Made by a program: the position numbers and the translations under genes. From positions 1 to 24,461 of the IMG/VR virus record IMGVR_UViG_3300044274_000328: a stretch of 24,461 bases of DNA; one strand, given 5' to 3'. The notes under the pieces were generated by a model that was not told the origin of the DNA, ran no database searches, and worked only from the letters and a program-made list of their open reading frames with translations. Of this stretch, positions 7,748 through 16,763 are shown piece by piece (position 1 is the stretch's first letter; each line of letters starts with the position of its first letter). This DNA comes from a virus (Duplodnaviria > Caudoviricetes).

Positions 7748-8418
7748 TGTACTGATGCCTTTCTGGAAGGATGGTCGGATATGCATTGGTTCAAGTACTT
7801 GACCGCCCCTTGTAATTCTTTACGAACCGAAGATAGGGCCAGTTCAGAATTAGAGGTTCCGAGGTCTACGCGCCGGTAGTTGGTCTCATACAGAGGACAA
7901 AGGACGGCTGGTACGTGAATTTGGAACACTAAGTTCCCATCATCTTTTCGATGTGTATAGGGGCACTCGCCGTTCTTTTTCAGAGCGAGTTTTTCAATAC
8001 TGGCGACTATTTTGTTTCGCTTGTTTACCAGTTCCTCTAGAGTGAAATATTCTGATCCGTCTGGAGATTGGTCGCTACCACGAGCATTCGATGCTGAACT
8101 GCTTGCAATAAACCAACCGGAGAAGTTAAGTGCTTCAATAAGTTCATCAAAAACGTCGTTCATCTCTCGTTCGGATACCGAGAAGAATTCCTTGTTGGGA
8201 GAAACACGACAATGATCCAATCTTGCGTGAACCATTTTCTCGTGAAGCCTAGGGCAGGGTGTCTTTACAGACCGCAACACACAGAATGGATTCAATACCC
8301 CAGTGGCACCGGACAATTCTTTTGCCCGTTCCTCTGGGTCCTTGGTAGTCATTCCAATTTTCACCACCTGACCATAGTCAGGATTCGACATCGCATAAAC
8401 GTAACCTGAACTGCTCAT
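7744..8418 (-). CDS. GIY-YIG (T5orf172-type) protein with an extra C-terminal domain
   Basis: GYVY...VKIGMT...PEERAKEL...TGV...EKMVHARL...KEFF. Start at 8418 overlaps the helicase stop (ATGA). Confidence 0.85.
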   Translation of the reverse strand: MSSSGYVYAMSNPDYGQVVKIGMTTKDPEERAKELSGATGVLNPFCVLRSVKTPCPRLHEKMVHARLDHCRVSPNKEFFSVSEREMNDVFDELIEALNFSGWFIASSSASNARGSDQSPDGSEYFTLEELVNKRNKIVASIEKLALKKNGECPYTHRKDDGNLVFQIHVPAVLCPLYETNYRRVDLGTSNSELALSSVRKELQGAVKYLNQCISDHPSRKASVQ

Positions 8419-9821
8419 ACAACCACCGTTAGTGTCTTCGCGGCCCGCGTCACCGCCGTATACAACCATCGTGAAGATGCCTCGCGGAAGGCACCACTCT
8501 CATCATGAACGATCACGTCATCCCATTGGGAGCCTTGTGACTTGTGGCAAGTGAGAACGTGCCCCCAATCAAGGTGTTCACACTGCTTTTTTGCGGAGAA
8601 AGCCGCTCTATAATTCGCAGAATATGCGTTTCTCTTTCTTGCCAAGTGCTCTTCAAAAAGGCCTTGAACACACTCGATTTCGAACGGAGAAGAACTTGGT
8701 TGATCTGTATAGGCGACCTGAAGTTCGACCCGGGACCGTCCTTCGATAAGGTCTCCGTGTTCAGTCAGGCACTTAACGATTGTACCATTTACCAAGTTAG
8801 GATTTTTCTGACTGTTGCGGCATACGATCAAGGGTTCACCTTCGCACGGCCCACTCTCGATGTAGCCAAGTTCCTTCCGAATCTTTGAGGTAAGGGACCA
8901 GCGTTTCTTGTGGGTTCCGCAGAGCACCATTGCATCACGGTCCATGTCCAGCGTAGCGTTGTCGTTTTGCCTTTTTACAACTTCAACCCCATCTCCGTAG
9001 TCACCAGGCTTTAGGTTCTTACCCTGACGAGCCTGCGTCGCTAAATGGATGATCGGATTGTCTTGAGCCTGCCTGTGAATTTCCGTGAGGAACGTATCAG
9101 GCTGCTCGCAATTGAATCCGTATTCGTCGTTCACGGGTGGCAACTGACCAGGATCACCAAACACGAGAATCGGAATACCAAATGACGCAAGATCGTTTGC
9201 GAGTTCGGTACCAACCATGGACCCTTCGTCGACTACGATTAGCTTACAAATATCACTTTCATCTCGCCCCCATGACAAGACAGGCCGTAGGCCAAAGGTA
9301 GGACCATCGCCGTGGTCCATTTCTTGTTCAAGGTCAAACTCTAACGCTTTCAATGTTCGGACGGCCAAGTCCATCGTAATGAAAGACCCTTCCCACAGCA
9401 CATCAGTGTCGTGACTTGTACCGGCGTCGTGTATTCGATCTCGCAGTTTGTCTATCTGGGAAGCGATGAACTCCGCCTTCTCAACCTGAGGCATGTAAAT
9501 CAGTTTGTGGATCGTCTGAGGCACTACACTCATGCCGAAATCTCGCAGTTTACCACCCATGACTTTCGCGGCCTTCCCTGTAGGGGCACAGAAAGCAACT
9601 TCGTCTGGATGCAGTCCCATCTCGTCGATAACAGCAGGAAGTACGGTGGTTTTGCCGGTTCCAGCGTATCCACCGAAAAAGAAGTCTTGACCGTGTCCGA
9701 GTAGGTTTTCCGAACGATCCAAATATCGGAATCCAGGCGGCAGCGCCATTTCTTTAGCGGACCTGTACCATTTGGAAGCCGTCTTGACGGACTCCCACTG
9801 ATGATTTGTTAAGGTAGTCAC
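8415..9821 (-). CDS. SF1B RecD/Dda-like DNA helicase
   Basis: GYAGTGKT, APTGKAA, TIH, DEGSM, GDPGQLPPV, HRQ, TCHKSQGSQW, YTAVTRA. Likely GTG start at 9821 with GAGGA upstream; TTG 9839 is the alternative. Confidence 0.93.
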   Translation of the reverse strand: MTTLTNHQWESVKTASKWYRSAKEMALPPGFRYLDRSENLLGHGQDFFFGGYAGTGKTTVLPAVIDEMGLHPDEVAFCAPTGKAAKVMGGKLRDFGMSVVPQTIHKLIYMPQVEKAEFIASQIDKLRDRIHDAGTSHDTDVLWEGSFITMDLAVRTLKALEFDLEQEMDHGDGPTFGLRPVLSWGRDESDICKLIVVDEGSMVGTELANDLASFGIPILVFGDPGQLPPVNDEYGFNCEQPDTFLTEIHRQAQDNPIIHLATQARQGKNLKPGDYGDGVEVVKRQNDNATLDMDRDAMVLCGTHKKRWSLTSKIRKELGYIESGPCEGEPLIVCRNSQKNPNLVNGTIVKCLTEHGDLIEGRSRVELQVAYTDQPSSSPFEIECVQGLFEEHLARKRNAYSANYRAAFSAKKQCEHLDWGHVLTCHKSQGSQWDDVIVHDESGAFREASSRWLYTAVTRAAKTLTVVV

Positions 9822-9882
9822 CGAGTTGTCCTCTTCCAATTGGTGGTAGAGCGCAACGCGCTCCTCGGTAGAATATTTTTGG

Positions 9883-11100
9883 TTAGTGATAGAGGTTGTT
9901 GGTATCCAGGAACGTGCTGGCGTTACCGTTGATCAGTCCATTTGTTCCGGAGAAGATGTTCCCGTTTGCGACGACAAAATCTAAGCCGTTTCCGGAATGT
10001 ATGACTTCTGTTGGTCCACCAATCATGTCTGCAACTTTTGTTGTGCAGCCCTGCAGGATGAAGTTCTTCACGTCCACACCTGGATTACCAAACCAACCCC
10101 ATCCTTTGGAAGGACCAAATAGGAAACAAGATGAGAAGGTGAGGCCGTCTGCAACTGTGTGAGCAGCAGGTACGACAACAAATCCAGAGAACCCAGGAAC
10201 ACCTGCCGTCAAAGATACGGTATCAAAGATGGTGAAAGTGCACCCAACGAACTTTGCTTGGACGTTATTGCTCTGGCCTTTCAAGTGAACACCAATCAAA
10301 GATGCATCAAACGCGCAATTTATGAAAGTCAGAGGGCCTTGGACACCATCCAATTCAACCCCGATAGCAGTAGCCCAGCATGTGCAGTCACTCAGATTTA
10401 TCCAATCCATTAGACCGGAGAACTGGAGAAACGCAGCATTTCTTTGGACCCAATATCGCAAAGAATTGTTTGGTTCAGCGTAATGTCCGATGAAGCCAGG
10501 CTGTTGTTCGACCTCAGAAATGAATGTCCAGTCGGACACGTTATCCATTCGAATGCCGTACTTCAACGCACTCATCAGGATGTTGGAATACCGATGCGTT
10601 GTGATCGTTCCTGATCCAGCCGCCTTGCAAGAAGTGCCTCGAGCGTCGATGGCTACGTAGCTTTTGTAGAAGAACACATCACAGATACGCGCGTCTCCAT
10701 GATAGACATCAATGGAAGCATCGCGGTCGTCAAACATCTTTACGGTCGGACCGTACTCCAGAGGAACCGGAAGGGCTTCGTTCTGCTCTGGATGTTCGAA
10801 AGCCAAAGACTGAATTCGAGTAGCCGGTTCCATCAGTACAGCCGCTTTCGACGTGTCTTCTGATGCGCCGTTCCCCTGTCCCCACAGAACTTGAATCACA
10901 GTTCCATAGGTTCTTTGGTAGTTCATGTCGAAGTGGCGTCCTTCTCCAATGAGTGAAACACCACGTCGGAGAATTACTTGAGATCGAAACGTCCAAACGC
11001 CTGCCTCAAGATAGACCTCTCCGCCTCCATCTTGGTAGGCTTCATCGATCATATTTTGAACAAAAGGGGCATCGTCTCCGACGATGGAAACAGGAATCAC
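9883..11100 (-). CDS. Pectate-lyase-like right-handed beta-helix protein
   Basis: N-terminal DDAPFVQNMID...GGGEVYLEAGVW...GVSLIGEG signature, and beta-helix rungs (LSDC, FINCAFD, FVGCTF, FSSCFL, ANGNIF). GTGA overlap with the upstream ORF. Confidence 0.8.
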   Translation of the reverse strand: MIPVSIVGDDAPFVQNMIDEAYQDGGGEVYLEAGVWTFRSQVILRRGVSLIGEGRHFDMNYQRTYGTVIQVLWGQGNGASEDTSKAAVLMEPATRIQSLAFEHPEQNEALPVPLEYGPTVKMFDDRDASIDVYHGDARICDVFFYKSYVAIDARGTSCKAAGSGTITTHRYSNILMSALKYGIRMDNVSDWTFISEVEQQPGFIGHYAEPNNSLRYWVQRNAAFLQFSGLMDWINLSDCTCWATAIGVELDGVQGPLTFINCAFDASLIGVHLKGQSNNVQAKFVGCTFTIFDTVSLTAGVPGFSGFVVVPAAHTVADGLTFSSCFLFGPSKGWGWFGNPGVDVKNFILQGCTTKVADMIGGPTEVIHSGNGLDFVVANGNIFSGTNGLINGNASTFLDTNNLYH

Positions 11101-11375
11101 GTGACTGGCTCCTGCTTCTTAGGCTCACCACCTAGGAGAAGTGTTTCAAAGGCGTCAGCGATGCGTTGAGCTTCGTCTGCTTCTTTCTGGGACTGCTCAA
11201 TAGCCTGCGTCTCCGAGGCCTTCACATTCCGAGCAATTGTCTCAGCGTCATTTATTGCTTTTGCGGACTTCTTGATCGCCTCGCCTTTGGCCTTCACGAT
11301 ATTCAACAGGTCTGTTTGAACTTTTCGAAGAGGGGCTACAGCCTGTGCGACGGTTTTTGGAGGAATTCCAAGCAT
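11097..11375 (-). CDS. Small helical / coiled-coil hypothetical protein
   Basis: 92 aa, Ala/Lys/Glu-rich, AGGA RBS, coupled to the next gene. Confidence 0.75.
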   Translation of the reverse strand: MLGIPPKTVAQAVAPLRKVQTDLLNIVKAKGEAIKKSAKAINDAETIARNVKASETQAIEQSQKEADEAQRIADAFETLLLGGEPKKQEPVT

Positions 11376-11404
11376 GTTATTTCCTAAAGATTGGAGGAGT
11401 GTGT

Positions 11405-11424
11405 CGGCCCGCGTCAGCGGGCCG
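11405..11424. other. GC-rich hairpin after the putative SSB gene
   Basis: CGGCCCGC-GTCA-GCGGGCCG perfect 8-bp stem with no U-tract on either strand. Confidence 0.5.
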
Positions 11425-11435
11425 TCAGAGGCCTA

Positions 11436-12224
11436 TTAGCCGTAGCGATTGCCACGAGCACCGCGACGCCCACGTGGCTTTTCTTCTGCGACTTCATTGG
11501 TAGTTTCAGCCGGGGGTGGAAGCTGTTCCTGCGACGCGTCTGGGGCGTCGTACATGTCGGGGTCTTCCCCAGCCGCAGCGATCAAGTCTTCTTCCGAACT
11601 CCAGTCAACAATTTTCAAGACCGGAGAAAATCGTTTTCCAACTGTTTTGATCTTGGACACGTACGAGTTGGCAGAGAGTTCGACGATAGGGACCATGTCC
11701 CCTTTCATTTGGAATACACGACCATAGCTTTTCAAAAGGCGCTGAAACGCGCTGATACCAACCCCTGCATTAAGCTTGAGTACGTATTCTTCGTTTTCGC
11801 CGCCGATCTCGCGAAGCGGAAGAACTGCCTGACATCCCCAGCCATCCATGAAATTGTTGTTGCGATCTGCAGCCATTTCCCGGATGTCCTCCAACGACAT
11901 GTCGCCGTCGTAATCTTCCGGAAGGTAGTTCGGTTCTTCATCAAAGCCGCGTGGTCGATCCATTACGTTTACTTCGAAAGATTCCAGTACCTCACCATCC
12001 CACCAGAACTGCCAACCCCATTTGGTCTCTGTGAATTGGGCGGCGAAACGTGTTCCATGTGGAATCTCGTCTTCGTCTTGTCCCGCAAGGTAGTCACCTG
12101 AAGCACCTTTAAACTTCATGTAGATGACACCGCCCGAACCTTCTCCGGCAGCCAGAAACGGGTTACTCCCTTGGCTCATTGGCACATTTTCATTTGATTG
12201 CGTTGCTACTGCAGTAGAGTTCAT
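11436..12224 (-). CDS. Putative ssDNA-binding / recombination protein
   Basis: Aromatic-rich beta-type core, acidic linker and basic tail. Sits next to a Cas4-like nuclease and PolA. Function inferred from context. Confidence 0.5.
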   Translation of the reverse strand: MNSTAVATQSNENVPMSQGSNPFLAAGEGSGGVIYMKFKGASGDYLAGQDEDEIPHGTRFAAQFTETKWGWQFWWDGEVLESFEVNVMDRPRGFDEEPNYLPEDYDGDMSLEDIREMAADRNNNFMDGWGCQAVLPLREIGGENEEYVLKLNAGVGISAFQRLLKSYGRVFQMKGDMVPIVELSANSYVSKIKTVGKRFSPVLKIVDWSSEEDLIAAAGEDPDMYDAPDASQEQLPPPAETTNEVAEEKPRGRRGARGNRYG

Positions 12225-12287
12225 ATCGTTATCCTTTCATCCCGTTATGTTTGCTCAAATGACATTTCCTTATTGGGATGCGGAAAT

Positions 12288-12304
12288 TGTCATTTATTCT
12301 GACA
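12288..12304. promoter_or_regulatory. Operator-like palindrome, copy 4, upstream of the putative SSB
   Basis: TGTCA-TTTATTC-TGACA. Degenerate TGTTT-GCTCAAA-TGACA at 12248-12264. Confidence 0.85.
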
Positions 12305-12316
12305 TCACTGGGCGTG

Positions 12317-13468
12317 CTAAGAGGCCATGGTGACTGTGAGTTTTTCGTACCCAGAACCTTCTTGCATGAAGTCTTCGGGGTCGTGTCCGGCTTCTATCAG
12401 CTTCTCTTTTGATAGGGTTTTCTTTCCCTTTACGGTTGTGTAGCTGGCTTTCCAGTCATCACCCACTGCCCGAGATTGATTTGCTGCGATCAGCTTTTGT
12501 CGAACTTCTTCGTTGAGTGTTTCCACCTGGTGTTCGATATCTTTTTTGTGCTGTTTTGCTACAGCAAGCTGATGGACCACTTCATCCAATTCAGAAATCA
12601 GTTCTTGGTCTTGATTGGCGACTTCTTTTGCCTTCAAAGGTTCCCGCTTCGGAGGCACGCGATCTGTGGATACAGACCGACAACTCTTCTCAAACGGACA
12701 GTACTCGCACGATCCATCCAGCTTGCCTTCCGCCATGAACATGGCCGGATCATCCTGAGCGAACACACGTTCAGCGCGGTTACGTCCTAATTCATATACT
12801 TCAGGATCGAATTCGACTGGGAAAGCTTTGATATCATCAACCCAAGAAGCGTTAACGTACAGCACTATGGCCCAATTGGGATTGTAGTCAGTGGTATCTC
12901 GAATAAGACCCATTTGCATCTGAGTCTGTCCTCGGTGAATGCCTTTTTCCTGCTGAAGGTCAATCCGAGGATCGATGGATTTCATTTCCAGGACAAGACT
13001 GTCTTCGTCGAAGTCTTCTATGCCGTAGTAGGCAAGGAAATCCGACGGCAGTTTCCCTCCGCTTGGATCGATTATCAATCCGTCCAGAGTTGCTGAAGAA
13101 ACACCGTCTACGATTGTTTCCTGATCATCCCCTTCCATGATCAAATCCAATCCACGGCGCTGCAGTCCTTCCCGAACTGCTGGAACAATGTGGTGGTTTT
13201 CGATCATGTCTCCACGGCGAATTGCGCCCCAAGACTCCTCGTAGTCTTCATCTTTCTTGAAGCCAAACTCTGGCCCCCTTTTCGAGAACCAGGTCTTTCG
13301 AAGACATCCGAAGGCTTCTGATGCACCTACGGATTTGGCGCGGTCATGGCTCCAGGTCTTCTGGGTATTTGCCACAAACTCGTCAAATAGGTCTTCGAAA
13401 CAAAATCCGTCTTTTGGTATTGTCTTCGGTACACCGAGGCGAAGTAACTCTTCGAAATAACTGTTCAT
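12317..13468 (-). CDS. Cas4-like PD-(D/E)XK exonuclease with putative Fe-S cluster
   Basis: ASEAFGCLRK, TLDG, LEMKS, QTQMQM and CEYCPFEKSC (1+3 Cys arrangement). C-terminal coiled coil. Confidence 0.8.
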   Translation of the reverse strand: MNSYFEELLRLGVPKTIPKDGFCFEDLFDEFVANTQKTWSHDRAKSVGASEAFGCLRKTWFSKRGPEFGFKKDEDYEESWGAIRRGDMIENHHIVPAVREGLQRRGLDLIMEGDDQETIVDGVSSATLDGLIIDPSGGKLPSDFLAYYGIEDFDEDSLVLEMKSIDPRIDLQQEKGIHRGQTQMQMGLIRDTTDYNPNWAIVLYVNASWVDDIKAFPVEFDPEVYELGRNRAERVFAQDDPAMFMAEGKLDGSCEYCPFEKSCRSVSTDRVPPKREPLKAKEVANQDQELISELDEVVHQLAVAKQHKKDIEHQVETLNEEVRQKLIAANQSRAVGDDWKASYTTVKGKKTLSKEKLIEAGHDPEDFMQEGSGYEKLTVTMAS

Positions 13469-14082
13469 GAGAACTCAAACTCCCCACTGAACACGCCCAT
13501 ATCGACCAGTTCGTAATACACACGAGCGCATCCACGAACATCCACGAGTGCGTCGTGAGCACCGTCGAGGTTTTCGTTAAAAAAGAACTTTACAGCCTCT
13601 TCCAATCGAGGCCATTTCCACTGACCTCTACGTTTTGGAAGTGCCTTCACGATATCCATAGAAGACAGCATTGTGCAGGTTATCGGCTTGTTCTCGAATG
13701 GATCGATGTAATCAACATCAACCATTTGGCTGTAAACGTAGGCGGCGCGGCGCATGACTGTAACGTCAAAACTGGCGTTGTGGGCCACAACGATGTCAGC
13801 GTTTTCGACCATATCCAAAAACATTTCAACGCCACTGATAAAGTGGCATCCGAATTGCTCGGCTAAGTCGTTGTTCAGGCCTGTAACTTCGGAAGCTTTC
13901 TCTGACATGACCCAGCCTTCAGGTTTCATCATGTAGTTTGCTGCGAAACGCTCTATTCGATCCCCTTGGTCGAGCTTCATGCCCAACTGGATCGGCATTG
14001 GCTGTCGAGGGTCGGTGTCAGACACCGATCCCAGAACCAACCCGGTCGTTTCCGTGTCAAAGAAGAGTGTGTTCTTCAGCAT
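13465..14082 (-). CDS. DEDDh 3'-5' exonuclease (DnaQ/epsilon-like)
   Basis: FDTETTG, AHNASFD, AHDALVD. Start moved to ATG 14082, which has GGAAGG upstream. Confidence 0.93.
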   Translation of the reverse strand: MLKNTLFFDTETTGLVLGSVSDTDPRQPMPIQLGMKLDQGDRIERFAANYMMKPEGWVMSEKASEVTGLNNDLAEQFGCHFISGVEMFLDMVENADIVVAHNASFDVTVMRRAAYVYSQMVDVDYIDPFENKPITCTMLSSMDIVKALPKRRGQWKWPRLEEAVKFFFNENLDGAHDALVDVRGCARVYYELVDMGVFSGEFEFS

Positions 14083-14101
14083 TGTCTTCCTTCCATACAC
14101 A

Positions 14102-14154
14102 CTGATTAGTCACAATTAATAACACTGTCAACCAGAATGTCACAATAAATGACA
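14102..14154. promoter_or_regulatory. Operator copy 5 (14138-14154), a degenerate copy (14108-14124) and a candidate minus-strand -35
   Basis: TGTCA-CAATAAA-TGACA and AGTCA-CAATTAA-TAACA, with minus-strand TTGACA at 14131-14126 between them. Confidence 0.85.
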
Positions 14155-14158
14155 CAAG

Positions 14159-16396
14159 TTAATGTGTTTCTGCCCACGACATCCCGACCTTCGATTCAGC
14201 AGCTACTGGGCACTGAAAATTGAAGTACTCACCAGCCATGGGCGCGGCATTTTCCATGAGTTCAGCGGCTCGATCAGCGAGGTCTTCTCGTACCGCTATC
14301 TGAGTTTCGTCATGAGACCAGGAACACATTGCGTATTCTGCATCCACATGGTGATCCCAACCTTCTTGGTAAAAGAGATCGTCAATGATGAGCAGCCATT
14401 TCTTGGCTATCAACGCACCATCGGACTGCAAACGCAGGTTTAGGGCGGCATGGTCGGACCGCACATAAAGACGGCGACCATCCAGCCCGCGAATGGTGCC
14501 GCGTCCACGCCGTTTCTCCTTCTTTATCTCTTTGATAGCTTGAGCGAGAGAAGGCATCGCAGCCATAAGTTTTGCTCTAAGCTGTTTGCCAACAGTCCTT
14601 TGACGATTTTCAGGAGAGAATGGTTCAACAATCGATCCTAGTTTAGCGTCCCCGCCTCCATACATGGCGGCGTATAGAAGACGTTTTGCGACTGATCGAC
14701 TGATGCTTGCCAAATCAGCGTTCTGCTGATGGATGTCTCCGTTCAAAACGACGTCAATGATTTCCCCACCGTCAAAGGGAGCCGTCAAATTTCCGAGGCA
14801 TCGGAACTCAATACCACTCAAGTCCGATCCGACGAGTTTGTAGCCAGGGCGAACTGTAAATAGTTCACGACAGTCCCAGCCATATCCCCCCTCGCGGCCT
14901 CGCATAAGAATGGACCACTCTCCCTTACGTTCCTTCCAAGTACTGTCGACAATGAGAGGCTGACCGATGTGATCTGACGCTTGCTCAAAGCGTTTCAGAT
15001 ATTGCTCACCCTTGGATTTATCCTTGAATTCAACGGGGTTTACACCCGGGACCTGAGAAACGTTTGGTGCCGCATGTGTAGCACGTCCTGATACTGTTCC
15101 TCCGACATTGACCCGTCCATGAATAGCCCCGTCTGGGCGAACCAATTTGAGCCACCCATTCTTGCCATCGGATACTTGCCCTATGCGTTTTTTGTAGAAG
15201 AACAGTTCAGCCAAAGTTTCCGCTAAAGGGATTTCAGACGACAACTCACGAAGAATGTCGTCGTCTACTTTTGCCGCCCCTTTCTCTGTAAAGTCTTGGG
15301 GTTCCCAGCCATATAGCGTTCTAAGTCGATCTTCGATTTGAGGACGGCTGTTCGGGTTGAACTCCTTCAATTCTACCTTGACGAACGGGCAGCCTTCCAT
15401 CGTATCCGCACGAAGTCTGCTGTAGTCGCCACTGTCGATGTGTTTTTGGTTACCTTTGTGGGCTTTCGCTGTTCTTTTTGGAAAAGTGAGGTCGCCCCAA
15501 ACACGACGGTTATCATTCTCGCCGTTCTCAGGCACCGGCTTGTCGACGTGCTTTTTGTCGGGACGATACCAACGACCAATCTCGGCTACGGCGTGGGCAC
15601 TGAGGTCATCGTATCTGCCATTCAAGTGCTCTTCGAGATGTTTTGCCTTTTCCGTATTGAACGGAAAGCCGTTGGTCTCCTGTTGTACCATCAGTGCATG
15701 TATTTCATGCTCCATTTGTATGGCTTCAGAAGACCAATCGAACTCCTGAATTTTTTCCCAAAGGAGGTGGTTCACATCTGTATCGAGGACCATGTAATCA
15801 TGCATCGACACATTCCACTGACCCCAGACGTATTGGTGTAACTCTTTGTCTGTAGGTGGTGGTAGTCCAGCGTCTTTGTGGGATTGTTTAAGCTCCGCTT
15901 CCCGGGCCTTTTTGTAGTCGCCTTTGTGCAGCCCCAAGCGCTGACCCCAGGCTTCAAGTCCATGTTGTCCAATGTAACGTCCCTCGAGACGCCCTTTGGC
16001 AACCATTCTGAAGTCTGCTTCTTTGATGTCGGCGTAGACCATGCGTGACATCACCAAAGTGTCACTAATCACGGCTCTGTGGGCGTAGGATGGTTTGTGC
16101 AGCCGGATGGCCTTTTCATCAAATGCTATGATGTTGTGACCAGTTATGTAGTCCGCCTTCTCCAAGATCGCGATGCCATCGGAAAGCGGACCGACGTCGT
16201 TGTGGCCCATCTCGGCTAACGCCTCTACATCCTCAGCAGAGAGAGGCCAAAAGTCCTCGTTGACGAAACTGGCTTTTCGTCCGGTATCCAAACACTTGAC
16301 GGCCAGGCAATGAACACGATCCATGCAATATTCTGGCTCGGTTTGTTCTGGCAGAAGGCCATTCGTCTCAACGTCGTACAAAACTCGTCGAAACAT
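14159..16396 (-). CDS. polA: Family A DNA polymerase, T7 gp5-like, with 3'-5' exonuclease
   Basis: Exo DVETNG and GHNIIAFD. Motif A DLSGIEFR, motif B RSVAKRLLYAAMYG, motif C SHDETQ. HAALNLRLQSDGA. Thumb insertion resembling the T7 thioredoxin-binding domain. Confidence 0.97.
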   Translation of the reverse strand: MFRRVLYDVETNGLLPEQTEPEYCMDRVHCLAVKCLDTGRKASFVNEDFWPLSAEDVEALAEMGHNDVGPLSDGIAILEKADYITGHNIIAFDEKAIRLHKPSYAHRAVISDTLVMSRMVYADIKEADFRMVAKGRLEGRYIGQHGLEAWGQRLGLHKGDYKKAREAELKQSHKDAGLPPPTDKELHQYVWGQWNVSMHDYMVLDTDVNHLLWEKIQEFDWSSEAIQMEHEIHALMVQQETNGFPFNTEKAKHLEEHLNGRYDDLSAHAVAEIGRWYRPDKKHVDKPVPENGENDNRRVWGDLTFPKRTAKAHKGNQKHIDSGDYSRLRADTMEGCPFVKVELKEFNPNSRPQIEDRLRTLYGWEPQDFTEKGAAKVDDDILRELSSEIPLAETLAELFFYKKRIGQVSDGKNGWLKLVRPDGAIHGRVNVGGTVSGRATHAAPNVSQVPGVNPVEFKDKSKGEQYLKRFEQASDHIGQPLIVDSTWKERKGEWSILMRGREGGYGWDCRELFTVRPGYKLVGSDLSGIEFRCLGNLTAPFDGGEIIDVVLNGDIHQQNADLASISRSVAKRLLYAAMYGGGDAKLGSIVEPFSPENRQRTVGKQLRAKLMAAMPSLAQAIKEIKKEKRRGRGTIRGLDGRRLYVRSDHAALNLRLQSDGALIAKKWLLIIDDLFYQEGWDHHVDAEYAMCSWSHDETQIAVREDLADRAAELMENAAPMAGEYFNFQCPVAAESKVGMSWAETH

Positions 16397-16734
16397 CAGT
16401 CTTCAACCATTTTTCCAAGACCAACGGCTGTAGTGCCATTTGGGAATTCAACGACCTGTATCTCGTAACTGGTCCCATCCAAGGGAACGCGTTTTATCAA
16501 CTCTCCATAGGCAGGTTTACCGAATAGTTCTGAGAAATATCCACAAATAGCGGACTCAACGAGTGCTCCCTCTGTATCCGAGTCACCATTCTCACGCGCG
16601 ACCGCTATGGACTGGAGTGCTACTGGGTCGTGGCAGAACAAATCTATCGTGTGAGATCGCGTGGGAGCCGCTGTTATCGTTGCGATAATAAGCCCCAATC
16701 CTACAGAAAGGATGAATAGGTCGATTAGCTTCAT
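16396..16734 (-). CDS. Small exported or membrane-anchored protein
   Basis: MKLIDLFILSVGLGLIIATITAA hydrophobic N-terminus and two Cys. GGAG lies 7 nt before ATG 16734. Confidence 0.7.
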   Translation of the reverse strand: MKLIDLFILSVGLGLIIATITAAPTRSHTIDLFCHDPVALQSIAVARENGDSDTEGALVESAICGYFSELFGKPAYGELIKRVPLDGTSYEIQVVEFPNGTTAVGLGKMVED

Positions 16735-16746
16735 GTCTGTCTCCGG

Positions 16747-16763
16747 TGTCACAATTTGTGACA
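16747..16763. promoter_or_regulatory. Operator-like palindrome, copy 6
   Basis: TGTCACA-ATT-TGTGACA between the HD gene stop and the next RBS. Confidence 0.88.

Noticed and set aside
9300-9490. Helical insertion of roughly 60 aa in the RecD/Dda helicase
   Set aside because: It falls in a region that varies in length among SF1B helicases, and I cannot show it is unusual without an alignment.
9849-9863. GAGCGC-AAC-GCGCTC hairpin as a terminator or RBS-sequestering element
   Set aside because: The stem is only 6 bp with no U-tract, and the overlapping GAGGAG is too far from an in-frame start.
12317-13468. Cas4-like gene as evidence of a CRISPR-Cas system
   Set aside because: No repeat-spacer array or other cas genes are present. 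Stand-alone Cas4-like nucleases are common in phage replication modules.
2982-16396. Inteins or introns in nrdJ, the helicase or polA
   Set aside because: The ORFs are uninterrupted and of normal size. The insertions are short and lack intein terminal residues or LAGLIDADG motifs.
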